A stretch of DNA of 64,000 nucleotides from Gemmatimonadales bacterium (GTDB taxonomy: Bacteria; Gemmatimonadota; Gemmatimonadetes; Gemmatimonadales; GWC2-71-9). Made by a program: the position numbers and the translations under genes. The DNA is taken from NCBI GenBank assembly GCA_035488835.1, contig DATHKX010000037.1, positions 1,602-65,601 of the forward strand, written 5' to 3'. Of the stretch, positions 36,856-45,813 are shown in pieces. Below the pieces are notes generated by a model. That model made no database searches. It saw nothing but the letters and a program-made list of their open reading frames with translations, and was not told the DNA's origin. The stretch's first letter is position 1; each line of letters opens with the position of its first letter.

Positions 36856-38144
36856 CGCGGCCAGTCCGCGGGAGCGTTGGCACTAAGCTCAGCCGGCGCC
36901 GTGGCCGGTGTCAACGGCGCGGGCGCGGCGGGACTCGCGGCCGTCGTCCGGAGGGCCAGCACCATCAGGGGAGGCGCGGCCAGCTGCGCGGCCGCTACGC
37001 CGAGCACGATGGTCGTCAACAGCGCGCCGCTCGCACCGGTGCCGTCGCTCCCGTACGTGTTGAAGAAGTTCAGACCCATCGCGATGGCGGCGCCGCCCTG
37101 CGCCATGGTGCCAAGCCCGACGTTGGGCGGGAACGCGCCCAAGCGGAGTGGGACGCCGGCGTACCGCACCACGGCCCACTTGGCCGCCGCGCGCGCGGCC
37201 GCAAGCAGCGGTATCGCGACCAGGATCCACACCGTCGGGAGCGTGAGCAAGGCCCCGGCGATGACCAGGAAAATCGCATAGATAGGCGGCTCCCAGTCCG
37301 CGAGCACCCGGCGCACGGCGTGGCGCCGGGGTGATGCGTTCACGATCAGGGCCGTCGCGAGGGCGCACACCAAGAAGGGCGAGAGGTCCGCCGCATAGCC
37401 GACGCCGGCGCCGAACAGCAGCGTGGCGAGGAGCACGAGGTCCACGTCGGCAGGCTCCGGCCGCAGTCGGGTGAGCGCGAGGAACACGATGCCGACCAGC
37501 GCGCCGCTCCCCACCGCGAGGACGAGCCACGCGAGCCAACCCAGCCCGACGCGGCCCAGGAGCGGGTGGGCCCGGTGCAAGGCGAGCGGCAAGGTCAGAA
37601 CGAGGGCGCCGCATGCGGTCTCGAGCGCCGCGGCCAATGTAAAGGCGCGGGTCGCGCTCTTACGAATCCCCATCACCCGGGCGACCAGGGTCACCGCCCC
37701 CGGCCCGGACGCGGCGGCCACCGCCCCGAGGGTCAAGAGCGCCGGCAGGCGCGGCGTCCATGCGGTGGTCAGGGCCGGGACGAGGCGGCCGAGCAGCCAC
37801 GCGCCGAGCGTGACCGCCGCGAAGGCCGCCGCGGCGGAGAGCGCGGCCAGGAGCCACGTGCCGCGTCCGATGCGCCGCACGTAGCGCCACGCGAATCGGG
37901 CCCCGAGGGCGGCGCCGATCCAGCCGATGGCGAGCGCCGTGACCGGCGCGAGCGCGTCCAGCACCGGTCGATTGATGAGGTCGATCCCGGGCCCGAGCAC
38001 GAGACCCAACAATACGAGGGGACCGCCGGCGGCGAGGATCGGGTCGAGGCTGGTCAGGTGGCGCCACCGGACGGGCGGCAGCCGCGTCGCGAGCAAGCCG
38101 ATCGCGGCCAGGCCCGCGAGCGCGAGAACCGGACTCACGTTCAC
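36852..38144 (-). CDS. Polytopic membrane transporter, cation/proton-antiporter-like
   Basis: The track ORF 36852..39503 was trimmed to GTG 38144, because the upstream 450 codons are antisense to murA. About 430 aa with at least 10 hydrophobic helices. The family assignment is tentative. Confidence 0.55.
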   Translation of the reverse strand: MNVSPVLALAGLAAIGLLATRLPPVRWRHLTSLDPILAAGGPLVLLGLVLGPGIDLINRPVLDALAPVTALAIGWIGAALGARFAWRYVRRIGRGTWLLAALSAAAAFAAVTLGAWLLGRLVPALTTAWTPRLPALLTLGAVAAASGPGAVTLVARVMGIRKSATRAFTLAAALETACGALVLTLPLALHRAHPLLGRVGLGWLAWLVLAVGSGALVGIVFLALTRLRPEPADVDLVLLATLLFGAGVGYAADLSPFLVCALATALIVNASPRRHAVRRVLADWEPPIYAIFLVIAGALLTLPTVWILVAIPLLAAARAAAKWAVVRYAGVPLRLGAFPPNVGLGTMAQGGAAIAMGLNFFNTYGSDGTGASGALLTTIVLGVAAAQLAAPPLMVLALRTTAASPAAPAPLTPATAPAELSANAPADWPR

Positions 38145-38204
38145 GTCGCGAATGTTCGCGAACGCTTGACGCCGGCGCAAGCCGCCGCATAGCTTGGCTG
38201 ACCC

Positions 38205-39488
38205 ATGCCACCGTCCTTTTCGGTCACGGGCGGCCGCGCCTTGAAAGGCACGATCCGCCCGGCCGGCAACAAGAATGCGGCCCTTCCCATCCTCGCGGCG
38301 ACGCTGCTCGCCGATGGGCCCTGCCGGATCGACAACGTGCCGCATATCCGCGACGTCGAGACGATGCTCGCCTTGCTGGCGCATCTCGGCGCCGAGGTCC
38401 GCTGGCTGGGGCCGAACACCGTGGAGGTCGATGCCGCGCGGGCCGAGCCGCGCGAGCTCGACCCCGCGCTGTGCGCCCGCATCCGCGCGTCGATCCTCTT
38501 GGCCGGCCCGATGCTGGCGCGCTTCGGCCGAGTGAGTCTCCCGCCTCCGGGCGGCGACGTGATCGGCCGGCGGCGCGTGGACACCCATTTCCTCGCCCTC
38601 GAGCGGCTCGGGGCGGAGGTCACCGTCGGCGCCGCCTACCAGCTCGAGGCGAAGAGCCTCGTTGGGGCCGACATTTTCCTCGACGAAACCAGCGTCACGG
38701 CCACCGAGAACGCCCTGATGGCGGCGGTTTCCGCCCGCGGCACGACCACCCTGCGGAACGCCGCCTGCGAGCCGCACGTCCAGGATCTCGCGCGCTTCCT
38801 GTCGGACCTGGGCGCGCGCATCCAGGGCGTCGGGACCAACACGCTCACGATCGAGGGCGGATTGCCGCTCGCCGCCGCTGCCTGCACCGTGGGGCCGGAC
38901 CACATCGAAATCGGCTCGTTCATCGGGCTCGCCGCCGTGACGAACGGCGCGATCACGATCGACGGCGTGCGCGGCGAGGATCTGCGCAGCATCCTCCTGG
39001 GGTTCGAGCGGCTGGGCGTCCGACCCCGACTCGACGGCACCCAGCTGATCGTGGATGCCGGTCAGGAGCGCCGCATTCGCCCCGACCTGGGCGGGCACGT
39101 GCCGAAGCTGGAGGACGGCCCGTGGCCCGCCTTCCCCGCCGATCTGATGTCGATCGCGATCGTGGTCGCGTCGCAGTGCGAGGGGATCCTCCTGGTGTTC
39201 GAGAAGCTGTTCGAGTCGCGCCTCTTCTTCGTGGACAAGCTGATCGGGATGGGGGCCCGCATCGTGCTGTGCGATCCGCACCGAGCCGTGATCGCCGGGC
39301 CCTCGCCGCTCCACGGGGGCGTCGTGGAAAGCCCGGACATCCGGGCCGGCATGGCGATGCTGCTCGCGGCCCTGGCCGCCCACGGCGACTCCGTGATCCA
39401 CAACATCGGCCAGATCGAGCGGGGCTACGAGCGGATCGATGAGCGGCTGCGCGCGGTGGGAGCGCAAATCGAGAGACGGGAAGCGTGA
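38205..39488 (+). CDS. murA: UDP-N-acetylglucosamine 1-carboxyvinyltransferase
   Basis: 427 aa. Motifs are GTIRPAGNKNAALPILAATLLA, the active-site-loop region PPGGDVIGRRRVDTH, and the C-terminal ERIDERL. Confidence 0.97.
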   Translation: MPPSFSVTGGRALKGTIRPAGNKNAALPILAATLLADGPCRIDNVPHIRDVETMLALLAHLGAEVRWLGPNTVEVDAARAEPRELDPALCARIRASILLAGPMLARFGRVSLPPPGGDVIGRRRVDTHFLALERLGAEVTVGAAYQLEAKSLVGADIFLDETSVTATENALMAAVSARGTTTLRNAACEPHVQDLARFLSDLGARIQGVGTNTLTIEGGLPLAAAACTVGPDHIEIGSFIGLAAVTNGAITIDGVRGEDLRSILLGFERLGVRPRLDGTQLIVDAGQERRIRPDLGGHVPKLEDGPWPAFPADLMSIAIVVASQCEGILLVFEKLFESRLFFVDKLIGMGARIVLCDPHRAVIAGPSPLHGGVVESPDIRAGMAMLLAALAAHGDSVIHNIGQIERGYERIDERLRAVGAQIERREA

Positions 39489-40273
39489 AAGACGTCTCAC
39501 CACCCGCTCCGGCGTCCGTCATTCCGTCGCTGCGCGAAGCGCCGCTCGGTGACTCCGCCGTCCCGCGCATGGAGCTCGCCGAATGGGCGTCCCGCTACGG
39601 CCTCGTCGCCGGGATCACGACCCGCGGGCACGGGTTCTCCCTCGGCTTGTGGAGCGAAGAGAACGTCGGCCAGGTGATGTCGCGCTGGCGCGCCGTCGGC
39701 GCGGCGGTCCGTCCGCGCTTCCCCGGCGTGATTCTGGCGCACCAGGTGCACGGCACCACGGTGCGGTGGCACCCGGCGGCCAGCGACGGGTGGCTGATCG
39801 TCGACGGGGTGGATGGGCACGCGACTGGAGCACGAGGGCTGTTGCTCACGGTCACCGTCGCCGATTGTATCCCCGTCTACCTCGTCGCACCCCAGAAGCA
39901 GGTGGTCGCGCTGCTCCACGCCGGATGGCGGGGGACTGCCGGAGGCATCCTGGAGCGCGGCGTGGAGCTCGTGAAGCGGCTGGCATTCGTGCGGTCGGCT
40001 GACATTGTAATGCATTGTGGGGTCGGCATTTGTGGTGAGTGCTATGAAGTAGGTTCTGAAGTGCTGAGCCAATTCAGCGGGCGCGCGGAGACAGGGCCGG
40101 GGCACGTGGATCTCCGGGCCGCGCTGGCGCAGCAGGGGCAGGCGCTCGGGCTGGGAGAGATCACGCTCTCCTCGTGGTGCAGCGCGCATGACCGCGAGCA
40201 CTTTTTCTCGCACCGCGCCTCGGGCGGGCGAGACGGACGCATGATCGCTTACGTGGGATTGCCGCTCGCTTGA
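39485..40273 (+). CDS. pgeF: Peptidoglycan editing factor PgeF / YfiH laccase-domain protein
   Basis: GTG 39485 (GTGA overlap). Motifs are VADCIPVYL, LLHAGWRGTAGGI and CGECYEVG, with C-terminal FFSHRASGGRDGRM. Confidence 0.9.
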   Translation: MKDVSPPAPASVIPSLREAPLGDSAVPRMELAEWASRYGLVAGITTRGHGFSLGLWSEENVGQVMSRWRAVGAAVRPRFPGVILAHQVHGTTVRWHPAASDGWLIVDGVDGHATGARGLLLTVTVADCIPVYLVAPQKQVVALLHAGWRGTAGGILERGVELVKRLAFVRSADIVMHCGVGICGECYEVGSEVLSQFSGRAETGPGHVDLRAALAQQGQALGLGEITLSSWCSAHDREHFFSHRASGGRDGRMIAYVGLPLA

Positions 40274-40309
40274 CAGCCGCCCCCGGGCGGCTAGATTCCG
40301 GCCGGTGAA

Positions 40310-40339
40310 GCGGGCGAAGTTGGGCCCGCGCTTTTTTTT
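40310..40339 (+). terminator. Rho-independent terminator/attenuator directly abutting the rimP start codon
   Basis: Stem GCGGGC (40310-15) / GCCCGC (40324-29) with an 8-nt loop, then GC and T8 (40332-39). ATG 40340 follows immediately. A second GC hairpin, GCCGCC-CCCG-GGCGGC at 40276-91, has no T tract. Confidence 0.75.
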
Positions 40340-40798
40340 ATGCTCTCCGACAGCCTCGTCGAGTCGTTTCGGGCCCGATTGGCAGAGTTGGGCCTCGAAC
40401 TGGCCGACCTCCGCATCGGCGGCACGCAGCACCGGCCGCTCGTTCAAGCGCGCATCGAATGGCCGCCCAGCGAGCCGCCGCGACGTGTGACCGTGGACGA
40501 TTGTGCCACGGCGAGCCGGGCGCTCGAGGCGTGGCTCGACGCGGATGGTCCGCTGGGGCGCCGCTACATGCTCGAAGTATCGAGCCCGGGGATCGAGCGG
40601 CCATTGCGCTGGCACCGGCACTGGGTGCGATTCGTGGGCCGCGAGGTCCAGGCCACGGTGGCGGGGCTCGGCCGCGTGCGTGCGCGCATCGTGGCGGTGC
40701 CCGACGAGGCGACGGTAGTGCTCGAGCCCCAGGGGGGAGCGCCGCGGCCGGTGCCGCTGGCCGGAATTCGCGACGCGCGTTTGGCGGTGGATTGGTGA
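40340..40798 (+). CDS. rimP: Ribosome maturation factor RimP
   Basis: 152 aa. Contains LEVSSPGIERPL, the RimP signature. It sits directly upstream of nusA. Confidence 0.9.
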   Translation: MLSDSLVESFRARLAELGLELADLRIGGTQHRPLVQARIEWPPSEPPRRVTVDDCATASRALEAWLDADGPLGRRYMLEVSSPGIERPLRWHRHWVRFVGREVQATVAGLGRVRARIVAVPDEATVVLEPQGGAPRPVPLAGIRDARLAVDW

Positions 40799-40808
40799 CG
40801 AGGAACCC

Positions 40809-42233
40809 ATGACGACGAATACAAGCGATGTAGTCTCCGCGATGCGGGAGCTGACGAACAGCAAGCAGCTCGAGCGGACGGAGCTGCTGGACCTGCTGAA
40901 GGACGGGCTGCACGCCGCCCTCGTGAAACGCTACGGTCCCAATGTGCGGGACGAGATCGGCATCGACGAGCTCAAGGGCACGATCCGGATCGCGGTGCTC
41001 CGCACGGTGGTCGAGACCGTGGAGGATCCGGGCTCGCAGGTGGCGCTCGAGGAAGCGCGCTTCGAGGATCCGGATTTCCAGGTGGGGGATGTCCTGGAAG
41101 AGGAAGTGCCGTTCGAGGCGTTCGGCCGCACCGCCGTGCAGGCCGCGAAGCAGCGCATCATCCAGCGGGTCCGCGAGGGCGAGCGGGCGCGCATCCGGGA
41201 AGAGTTCTCCGACAAGGTCGGCGAGCTCTTGTCGGGCGAAGTGCAGCAGATCGAGCGCGGCAAGATCGTCGTCATGCTCGCGAAGTTCCGTGAAGCCGAA
41301 GCGATCATTCCGTACCGTGAGCAGAACCACCGCGAGCATTTCCATCAGGGGGACACGATCCGCGCCGTGCTGAAGCGGATCGAGGAGACACCCAAGGGCC
41401 CGCGGCTCATTCTGTCGCGCGCCGACCCGCTGTTCGTCAAGGCCCTGTTCAAGCTCGAGGTGCCGGAGATCCAGCAGCAGATCGTCGAGATCCGCGCCAC
41501 GGCGCGGGAAGCGGGGAGCCGCACCAAGATCGCCGTCTCGTCGCGCGACGATGCGATCGATCCGGTGGGCGCGTGCGTGGGCATGAAGGGGTCGCGCGTG
41601 CAGGCGGTGGTGAACGAGCTGAACGGCGAGCGCATCGACATCGTCCCGTGGTCCCCCGATCCCGAGCGGTTCGCGAAGCTCGCGCTCGCGCCGGCGCGGG
41701 TCGCGCGCGTGTTCTCCGACCCCGAGACCAAGACGATCCAGGCGATCGTGGACGAGGATCAGCTGTCGCTCGCCATCGGGCGCAACGGACAGAACGTGCG
41801 GCTCGCCTCCGAGCTCACCGCCTGGAAGATCGACCTGTACTCGAGCCGTGAGTGGTTGGAGCGCGGTGGGGAAGGGCCGCTCTTCGCTCCGCTGCCCCCG
41901 GCGGAAGACGAAGCCGCGACCAAGGTCTCGCTGCGCGAGCTGAAGGGTCTGCCCGTCGAGCTCGTGGACGTGCTGGAGCGCGCCGGGCACAAGACCCTCC
42001 AGGATATCCTCGACCTCGAGCGGGAGGATGTCGACAAGATCGCCGGCATGACGCCCGAGATCGCGGACAAGCTCATGGCGTTTCTGAACGAGATGACCGA
42101 AGACGGCGGCGACGACGAGGCAGCGCCCGGTGCCGTGGGTGACCCCGGAGCGGGTGGGGGGAGCGGCGACGGCGGCGGGAGCGGCGACGGCAGCGGGGGC
42201 GGCGGGGGCGGCGCGCCGGCGCCGGTGGCGTGA
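40809..42233 (+). CDS. nusA: Transcription termination/antitermination factor NusA
   Basis: 474 aa with S1 and KH regions (DPVGACVGMKGSRVQAVVNELNGERIDIV, LAIGRNGQNVRLASELTAWKIDL). Acidic, Gly-rich C-terminal tail. Confidence 0.97.
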   Translation: MTTNTSDVVSAMRELTNSKQLERTELLDLLKDGLHAALVKRYGPNVRDEIGIDELKGTIRIAVLRTVVETVEDPGSQVALEEARFEDPDFQVGDVLEEEVPFEAFGRTAVQAAKQRIIQRVREGERARIREEFSDKVGELLSGEVQQIERGKIVVMLAKFREAEAIIPYREQNHREHFHQGDTIRAVLKRIEETPKGPRLILSRADPLFVKALFKLEVPEIQQQIVEIRATAREAGSRTKIAVSSRDDAIDPVGACVGMKGSRVQAVVNELNGERIDIVPWSPDPERFAKLALAPARVARVFSDPETKTIQAIVDEDQLSLAIGRNGQNVRLASELTAWKIDLYSSREWLERGGEGPLFAPLPPAEDEAATKVSLRELKGLPVELVDVLERAGHKTLQDILDLEREDVDKIAGMTPEIADKLMAFLNEMTEDGGDDEAAPGAVGDPGAGGGSGDGGGSGDGSGGGGGGAPAPVA

Positions 42234-42538
42234 GCGAGCGGCTGATCCGGCTGCTGGGGCTGGGCGCCCGCGGGGGCGGCGGGCGGGTGGTCATCGGGGT
42301 GACCGGGGTGCGGGCGAAGCTGCAGCGGGACGCCCTGTCGTGCGTCGTACTCGCGGCGGACGCCAGCCTGCGCACCCGGGAGAAGGTCGAGCGCCTGGCG
42401 CGGGCACGGCGAGTGCCGGTGCTGGTGGGTCCGGTGGCGGAGCGGTTGGGGGCGGGGTTGGGGCGGCCGCCGGTGCAGGCCGTCGGCGTGGCGGATGCCG
42501 CGCTGGCGCGTGGGTTGGTCGGGTCTTTGGAGGAGTGA
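42230..42538 (+). CDS. L7Ae/YlxQ-like RNA-binding protein
   Basis: 102 aa between nusA and infB. The pattern VVLAADAS...VPV is typical of YlxQ. I see no separate YlxR/DUF448 gene. Confidence 0.65.
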   Translation: MSERLIRLLGLGARGGGGRVVIGVTGVRAKLQRDALSCVVLAADASLRTREKVERLARARRVPVLVGPVAERLGAGLGRPPVQAVGVADAALARGLVGSLEE

Positions 42539-45166
42539 GTGACGACGACGCGGATTCACGATCTGGCGGCTGAATTTGGGATCTCCTCTGAGCTGCTCAT
42601 GGGCATGCTCAAGGAGCAGGACATCTTCGTGCGTAGCCACCTCTCGCCGCTCAAGCCCGAGCAGGTGGCGCTGATGCGCGCGCGCTGGGAGCGCGAGAAG
42701 CGGAAGCAGAAGGATGCGCCCGCGGCTCCCAAGCGCCGCCGCGCCGTGAAGGCGGCCGAGCCGGTAGCGGCGGTAGAGCCCGACGGGCGGCCCAAGCGTC
42801 GCCGCCGCACGGCGGCCGAGATGGCCGCGGTCGACGCAGAGGCCCAGGCCGAAGCGGCCATCGAGGCGGAGCGGGAGCTGAAGGCGCGCGAGGCGCTCGA
42901 GGCCGCCAGAGCGGTGGACGAGGAGGCGAAGCCGTCGCTCGAGGAGCGCGCCGCGGCGCTGTTCAGGGAGCTGCCGGTGGGCGAGCAGGCCGGGGCGGAG
43001 TCGGCGAGCGCCGCGCCCGCCGCGGCCCATGCCGCTGCGCCCTTCATTACGTCCCCGCTGCCTCCCGCCGCCGCGCGGCCCATGATCCCGACCCCGGTGC
43101 GGCCCAAGCCGGTGGCGAGTGCCACGCCGGGCGGCGCCGTGCCCGCGCCCCCCCGACCCGTCGCCTCGGCGGCGCCGGGCGCGATTCCGCTGGAGGAGCG
43201 GCGGCGTGAGAAGGGGAAGAAGCGCAAAAAGGGCAAGAAATCTCTGGTGGACCAGGAAGCGGTCGCCCAGAACATCTCGCGCACCCTGGCGTCGATCAAA
43301 GGGCCGGCGGCGAGGAAGGGAGGGCACCGGCGCGAGGAGGGACCGAGCTTCCGCGAGGTCGAGGAGCAGAAGCGACGCGACGAGAAAGAGCGCGAGAAGA
43401 CGCTGGTGCGCGTGACCGAGTTCATCACGGTCTCCGAGCTCGCGAACATCCTGAAGGTGCCCGCCAAGGAGATCGTCGGCTTCGCGTTCAAGGAGCTGGG
43501 GCAGATGGTGACGATCAACCAGCGCCTCGACTTCGACATGATCGAGCTGATCGCTTCGGCCTTCGGCTTCCAGGCACAGCGCGAGGAAGAGTATGCCCTC
43601 GCCGCGTCCGAGGAACCACCCAAGGAAGAGGCGGGCGATCTCAAGCCGCGCGCGCCGGTGGTCACCGTCATGGGCCACGTCGACCACGGCAAGACCTCGC
43701 TGCTGGACTACATCCGGAAGGCCAATGTCGTGGCGGGCGAGGCGGGCGGCATCACGCAGCACATCGGTGCGTATCAGGTCACGCTCAAGGACGGGCGTTC
43801 GATCACGTTCCTGGACACGCCGGGCCACGAAGCCTTCACGGCCATGCGCGCTCGCGGCGCACAGGTGACCGACATCGTCGTGCTGGTGGTCGCTGCCGAC
43901 GACGCGATCATGCCGCAGACCATCGAGGCGATCTCGCACGCCAAGAACGCGGGCGTTCCGCTGGTCGTGGCGATCAACAAGATCGATCTACCGGCCGCCA
44001 ACGTGCAGAAGGTGAAGCAGGACCTGCTGGCGCACGGCGTGGTGCTCGAGGAGTTCGGCGGGACCACGCTAGCCACGCCGATCTCCGCCAAGACGGGCCA
44101 GAACGTGCAGGAGCTGCTCGACCAGATCCTGCTGCAGGCCGAGCTGCTCGATCTGAAGGCGAACCCCGACCGCCGGGCCCATGGCACGGTGCTCGAGGCG
44201 ACGCTCGACCCCGGCAAGGGTCCGCTCGCCACCATCCTCGTCCAGAATGGCATGCTGCGCGGCGGGGACGACTTCATCTGTGGACAGTTCTACGGGCGCG
44301 TGCGCGCGATGTACGACGAGCGCGGCCAGACGGTCGACGGCGCGGGGCCGTCCACGCCGGTGCAGGTGCTGGGCTTCGAAGGTGTGCCCGAAGCCGGCGA
44401 CACGTTCCAGGTGATGACGGACGCGGCGGCGGCGCGCGACATCGCGCAGAAGCGCCAGCGGCTCGAGCGCGAGGCGCAGCACCGCCGCACCGGTCGCGTG
44501 AAGACGCTCGAAGACTTCATGTCCGAGCGGGCCGAAGGCGGCGCGGCGGCGCTCCGGATCATCATCAAGGCGGATCAGGGCGGCCCGGCCGAGGCCCTCG
44601 CGGACGCACTGGCTCAGCTCTCGACGCCCGAGGTCAAGGTCGAGGTCGTGCACCGCGGCGTGGGCGCGATCACGGACTCGGACGTGCTGCTCGCCAAGGC
44701 GTCGAACGCCATCATCATCGGCTTCCACGTGCGACCCGACTCCAACGCGCGCGCCTCGGCGGAGCGCGAGAAGGTCGAGATCCGCACCTACCGCATCATC
44801 TACGAGGCCGTGGAAGAGGTGAAGGCGGCGATGGCGGGCCTGCTCGCGCCCGAAAAGAAGGAAGTGGTCTTGGGCGAGGCGGAAGTCCGCCAGCTGTTCA
44901 AGATCGCGAAGGTGGGCACGATTGCCGGGAGCTTCGTCCGCTCGGGCGTCATCCCGCGCACGGCGCGCGTGCGGGTGGTCCGCGACGGCGTCGAGGTGTA
45001 CGACGGCACGCTGTCTTCGCTCAAGCGCTTCAAGGACGACGTGCGCGAGGTGCGCGAGGGATTCGAATGCGGGATCGGCGTCGAGAACTTCAACGACCTG
45101 AAGGTCGGCGACCTGATCGAGGCGTACCGGATCGAGGAAGTCGCGCGCTCGCTGACACCCGCGTGA
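42539..45166 (+). CDS. infB: Translation initiation factor IF-2
   Basis: 875 aa. G-domain motifs are [22 protein letters not shown] and NKID. The N-terminal region is low-complexity, rich in Ala, Pro, Lys and Glu. Confidence 0.98.
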   Translation: MTTTRIHDLAAEFGISSELLMGMLKEQDIFVRSHLSPLKPEQVALMRARWEREKRKQKDAPAAPKRRRAVKAAEPVAAVEPDGRPKRRRRTAAEMAAVDAEAQAEAAIEAERELKAREALEAARAVDEEAKPSLEERAAALFRELPVGEQAGAESASAAPAAAHAAAPFITSPLPPAAARPMIPTPVRPKPVASATPGGAVPAPPRPVASAAPGAIPLEERRREKGKKRKKGKKSLVDQEAVAQNISRTLASIKGPAARKGGHRREEGPSFREVEEQKRRDEKEREKTLVRVTEFITVSELANILKVPAKEIVGFAFKELGQMVTINQRLDFDMIELIASAFGFQAQREEEYALAASEEPPKEEAGDLKPRAPVVTVMGHVDHGKTSLLDYIRKANVVAGEAGGITQHIGAYQVTLKDGRSITFLDTPGHEAFTAMRARGAQVTDIVVLVVAADDAIMPQTIEAISHAKNAGVPLVVAINKIDLPAANVQKVKQDLLAHGVVLEEFGGTTLATPISAKTGQNVQELLDQILLQAELLDLKANPDRRAHGTVLEATLDPGKGPLATILVQNGMLRGGDDFICGQFYGRVRAMYDERGQTVDGAGPSTPVQVLGFEGVPEAGDTFQVMTDAAAARDIAQKRQRLEREAQHRRTGRVKTLEDFMSERAEGGAAALRIIIKADQGGPAEALADALAQLSTPEVKVEVVHRGVGAITDSDVLLAKASNAIIIGFHVRPDSNARASAEREKVEIRTYRIIYEAVEEVKAAMAGLLAPEKKEVVLGEAEVRQLFKIAKVGTIAGSFVRSGVIPRTARVRVVRDGVEVYDGTLSSLKRFKDDVREVREGFECGIGVENFNDLKVGDLIEAYRIEEVARSLTPA

Positions 45167-45444
45167 TCGTTGGGGTCATGACGTGGGAGCTGCATCTCGT
45201 GGCGTGTCACTCGCTCAAGGATAAGCGCCACGTCCTGAAGAGCCTCAAGGACCGCCTCCACAACCGCTTCAACGTGTCGGCGGCGGAGACGGCGCATCAC
45301 GATCTGTGGCAGCGCGCCGAGCTGACGGTGTGCGTGGTATCGACCGACCGGGACCACGCGCAGAGTGTGTTGCGGGAGGCAGACCGCCTGATCGAAGCGG
45401 CCGACGGCGCCCGCATCGTGGACACGAGCGCGAGTTTCTTCTGA
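45163..45444 (+). CDS. DUF503 (YlxP-like) protein
   Basis: GTG 45163 (GTGA overlap) or ATG 45178. LHLVACHSLKDKRHVLKSLKDRL is typical of DUF503. The position between infB and rbfA is conserved. Confidence 0.75.
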   Translation: MIVGVMTWELHLVACHSLKDKRHVLKSLKDRLHNRFNVSAAETAHHDLWQRAELTVCVVSTDRDHAQSVLREADRLIEAADGARIVDTSASFF

Positions 45445-45445
45445 T

Positions 45446-45805
45446 ATGAGGCGACGGACGAGCCACCGCCCCGAGCGCGTGGCGGAGGCGATCCGCCAGA
45501 CCGTGGCGGCGTTTCTCACCGGGAGCGTGCGCGACCCGCGCGTCGGGTTCGTCACGGTCACCGCCGTGGAGGTGTCCGCCGACCTCACGCACGCCCGCGT
45601 ACGCGTGAGCGTGATGGGCGGCGAAGAGGACAAGGCGAAGTCGCTCGAGGGCCTGGCGAGCGCCGCCCGCTTCCTGCGCGCCCAGCTCGCCAAGGAGTTG
45701 CCGCTACGCGTGACGCCGGAGCTCCGTTTCGAGCTCGACCGTGGGCTGGAGCACGCCCAGGAGATCGACCGGAAGCTGCGCGAACTCAAGGAGGGCGCGG
45801 GCTGA
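45446..45805 (+). CDS. rbfA: Ribosome-binding factor A
   Basis: 119 aa. Motifs are RVAEAIRQTVAAFL, DPRVGFVTVTAVEVSADLTHARV and TPELRFELD. Confidence 0.95.
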   Translation: MRRRTSHRPERVAEAIRQTVAAFLTGSVRDPRVGFVTVTAVEVSADLTHARVRVSVMGGEEDKAKSLEGLASAARFLRAQLAKELPLRVTPELRFELDRGLEHAQEIDRKLRELKEGAG

Positions 45806-45813
45806 TCTCCGGC

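Noticed and set aside
38145-39503. N-terminal 450 codons of the 883-aa minus-strand ORF 36852..39503
   Set aside because: This part is exactly antisense to murA, which is unmistakable. Only the hydrophobic C-terminal 430 aa look like a real transporter, so the gene was trimmed to GTG 38144.
42150-42215. G-rich tandem GGCGGCGGGAGCGGCGAC repeats at the nusA 3' end, and a similar tract at 2080-2140, considered as G4 or repeat elements
   Set aside because: They encode simple Gly/Ser/Asp-rich tails in frame. They have irregular loop lengths for G4 formation and lack the inverted-partner arrangement seen in mutL and miaA. They are most simply low-complexity coding sequence.
41759-43939. 726-aa minus-strand ORF. 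The same applies to the other long antisense ORFs: 14797..15969, 17358..19136, 18785..20485, 22693..24297, 28403..30532, 32441..34222, 44800..46605, 47589..49253, 50552..52720, 53680..55026, 57175..58398, 60036..61325 and 61444..62940
   Set aside because: Each lies opposite a confidently identified gene (nusA/infB, groEL, HD-GYP, pcrA, gatB, secD, fhs and others). Each translates to Arg/Gly/Pro/His-rich sequence without domain signatures. These are GC-driven shadow ORFs.
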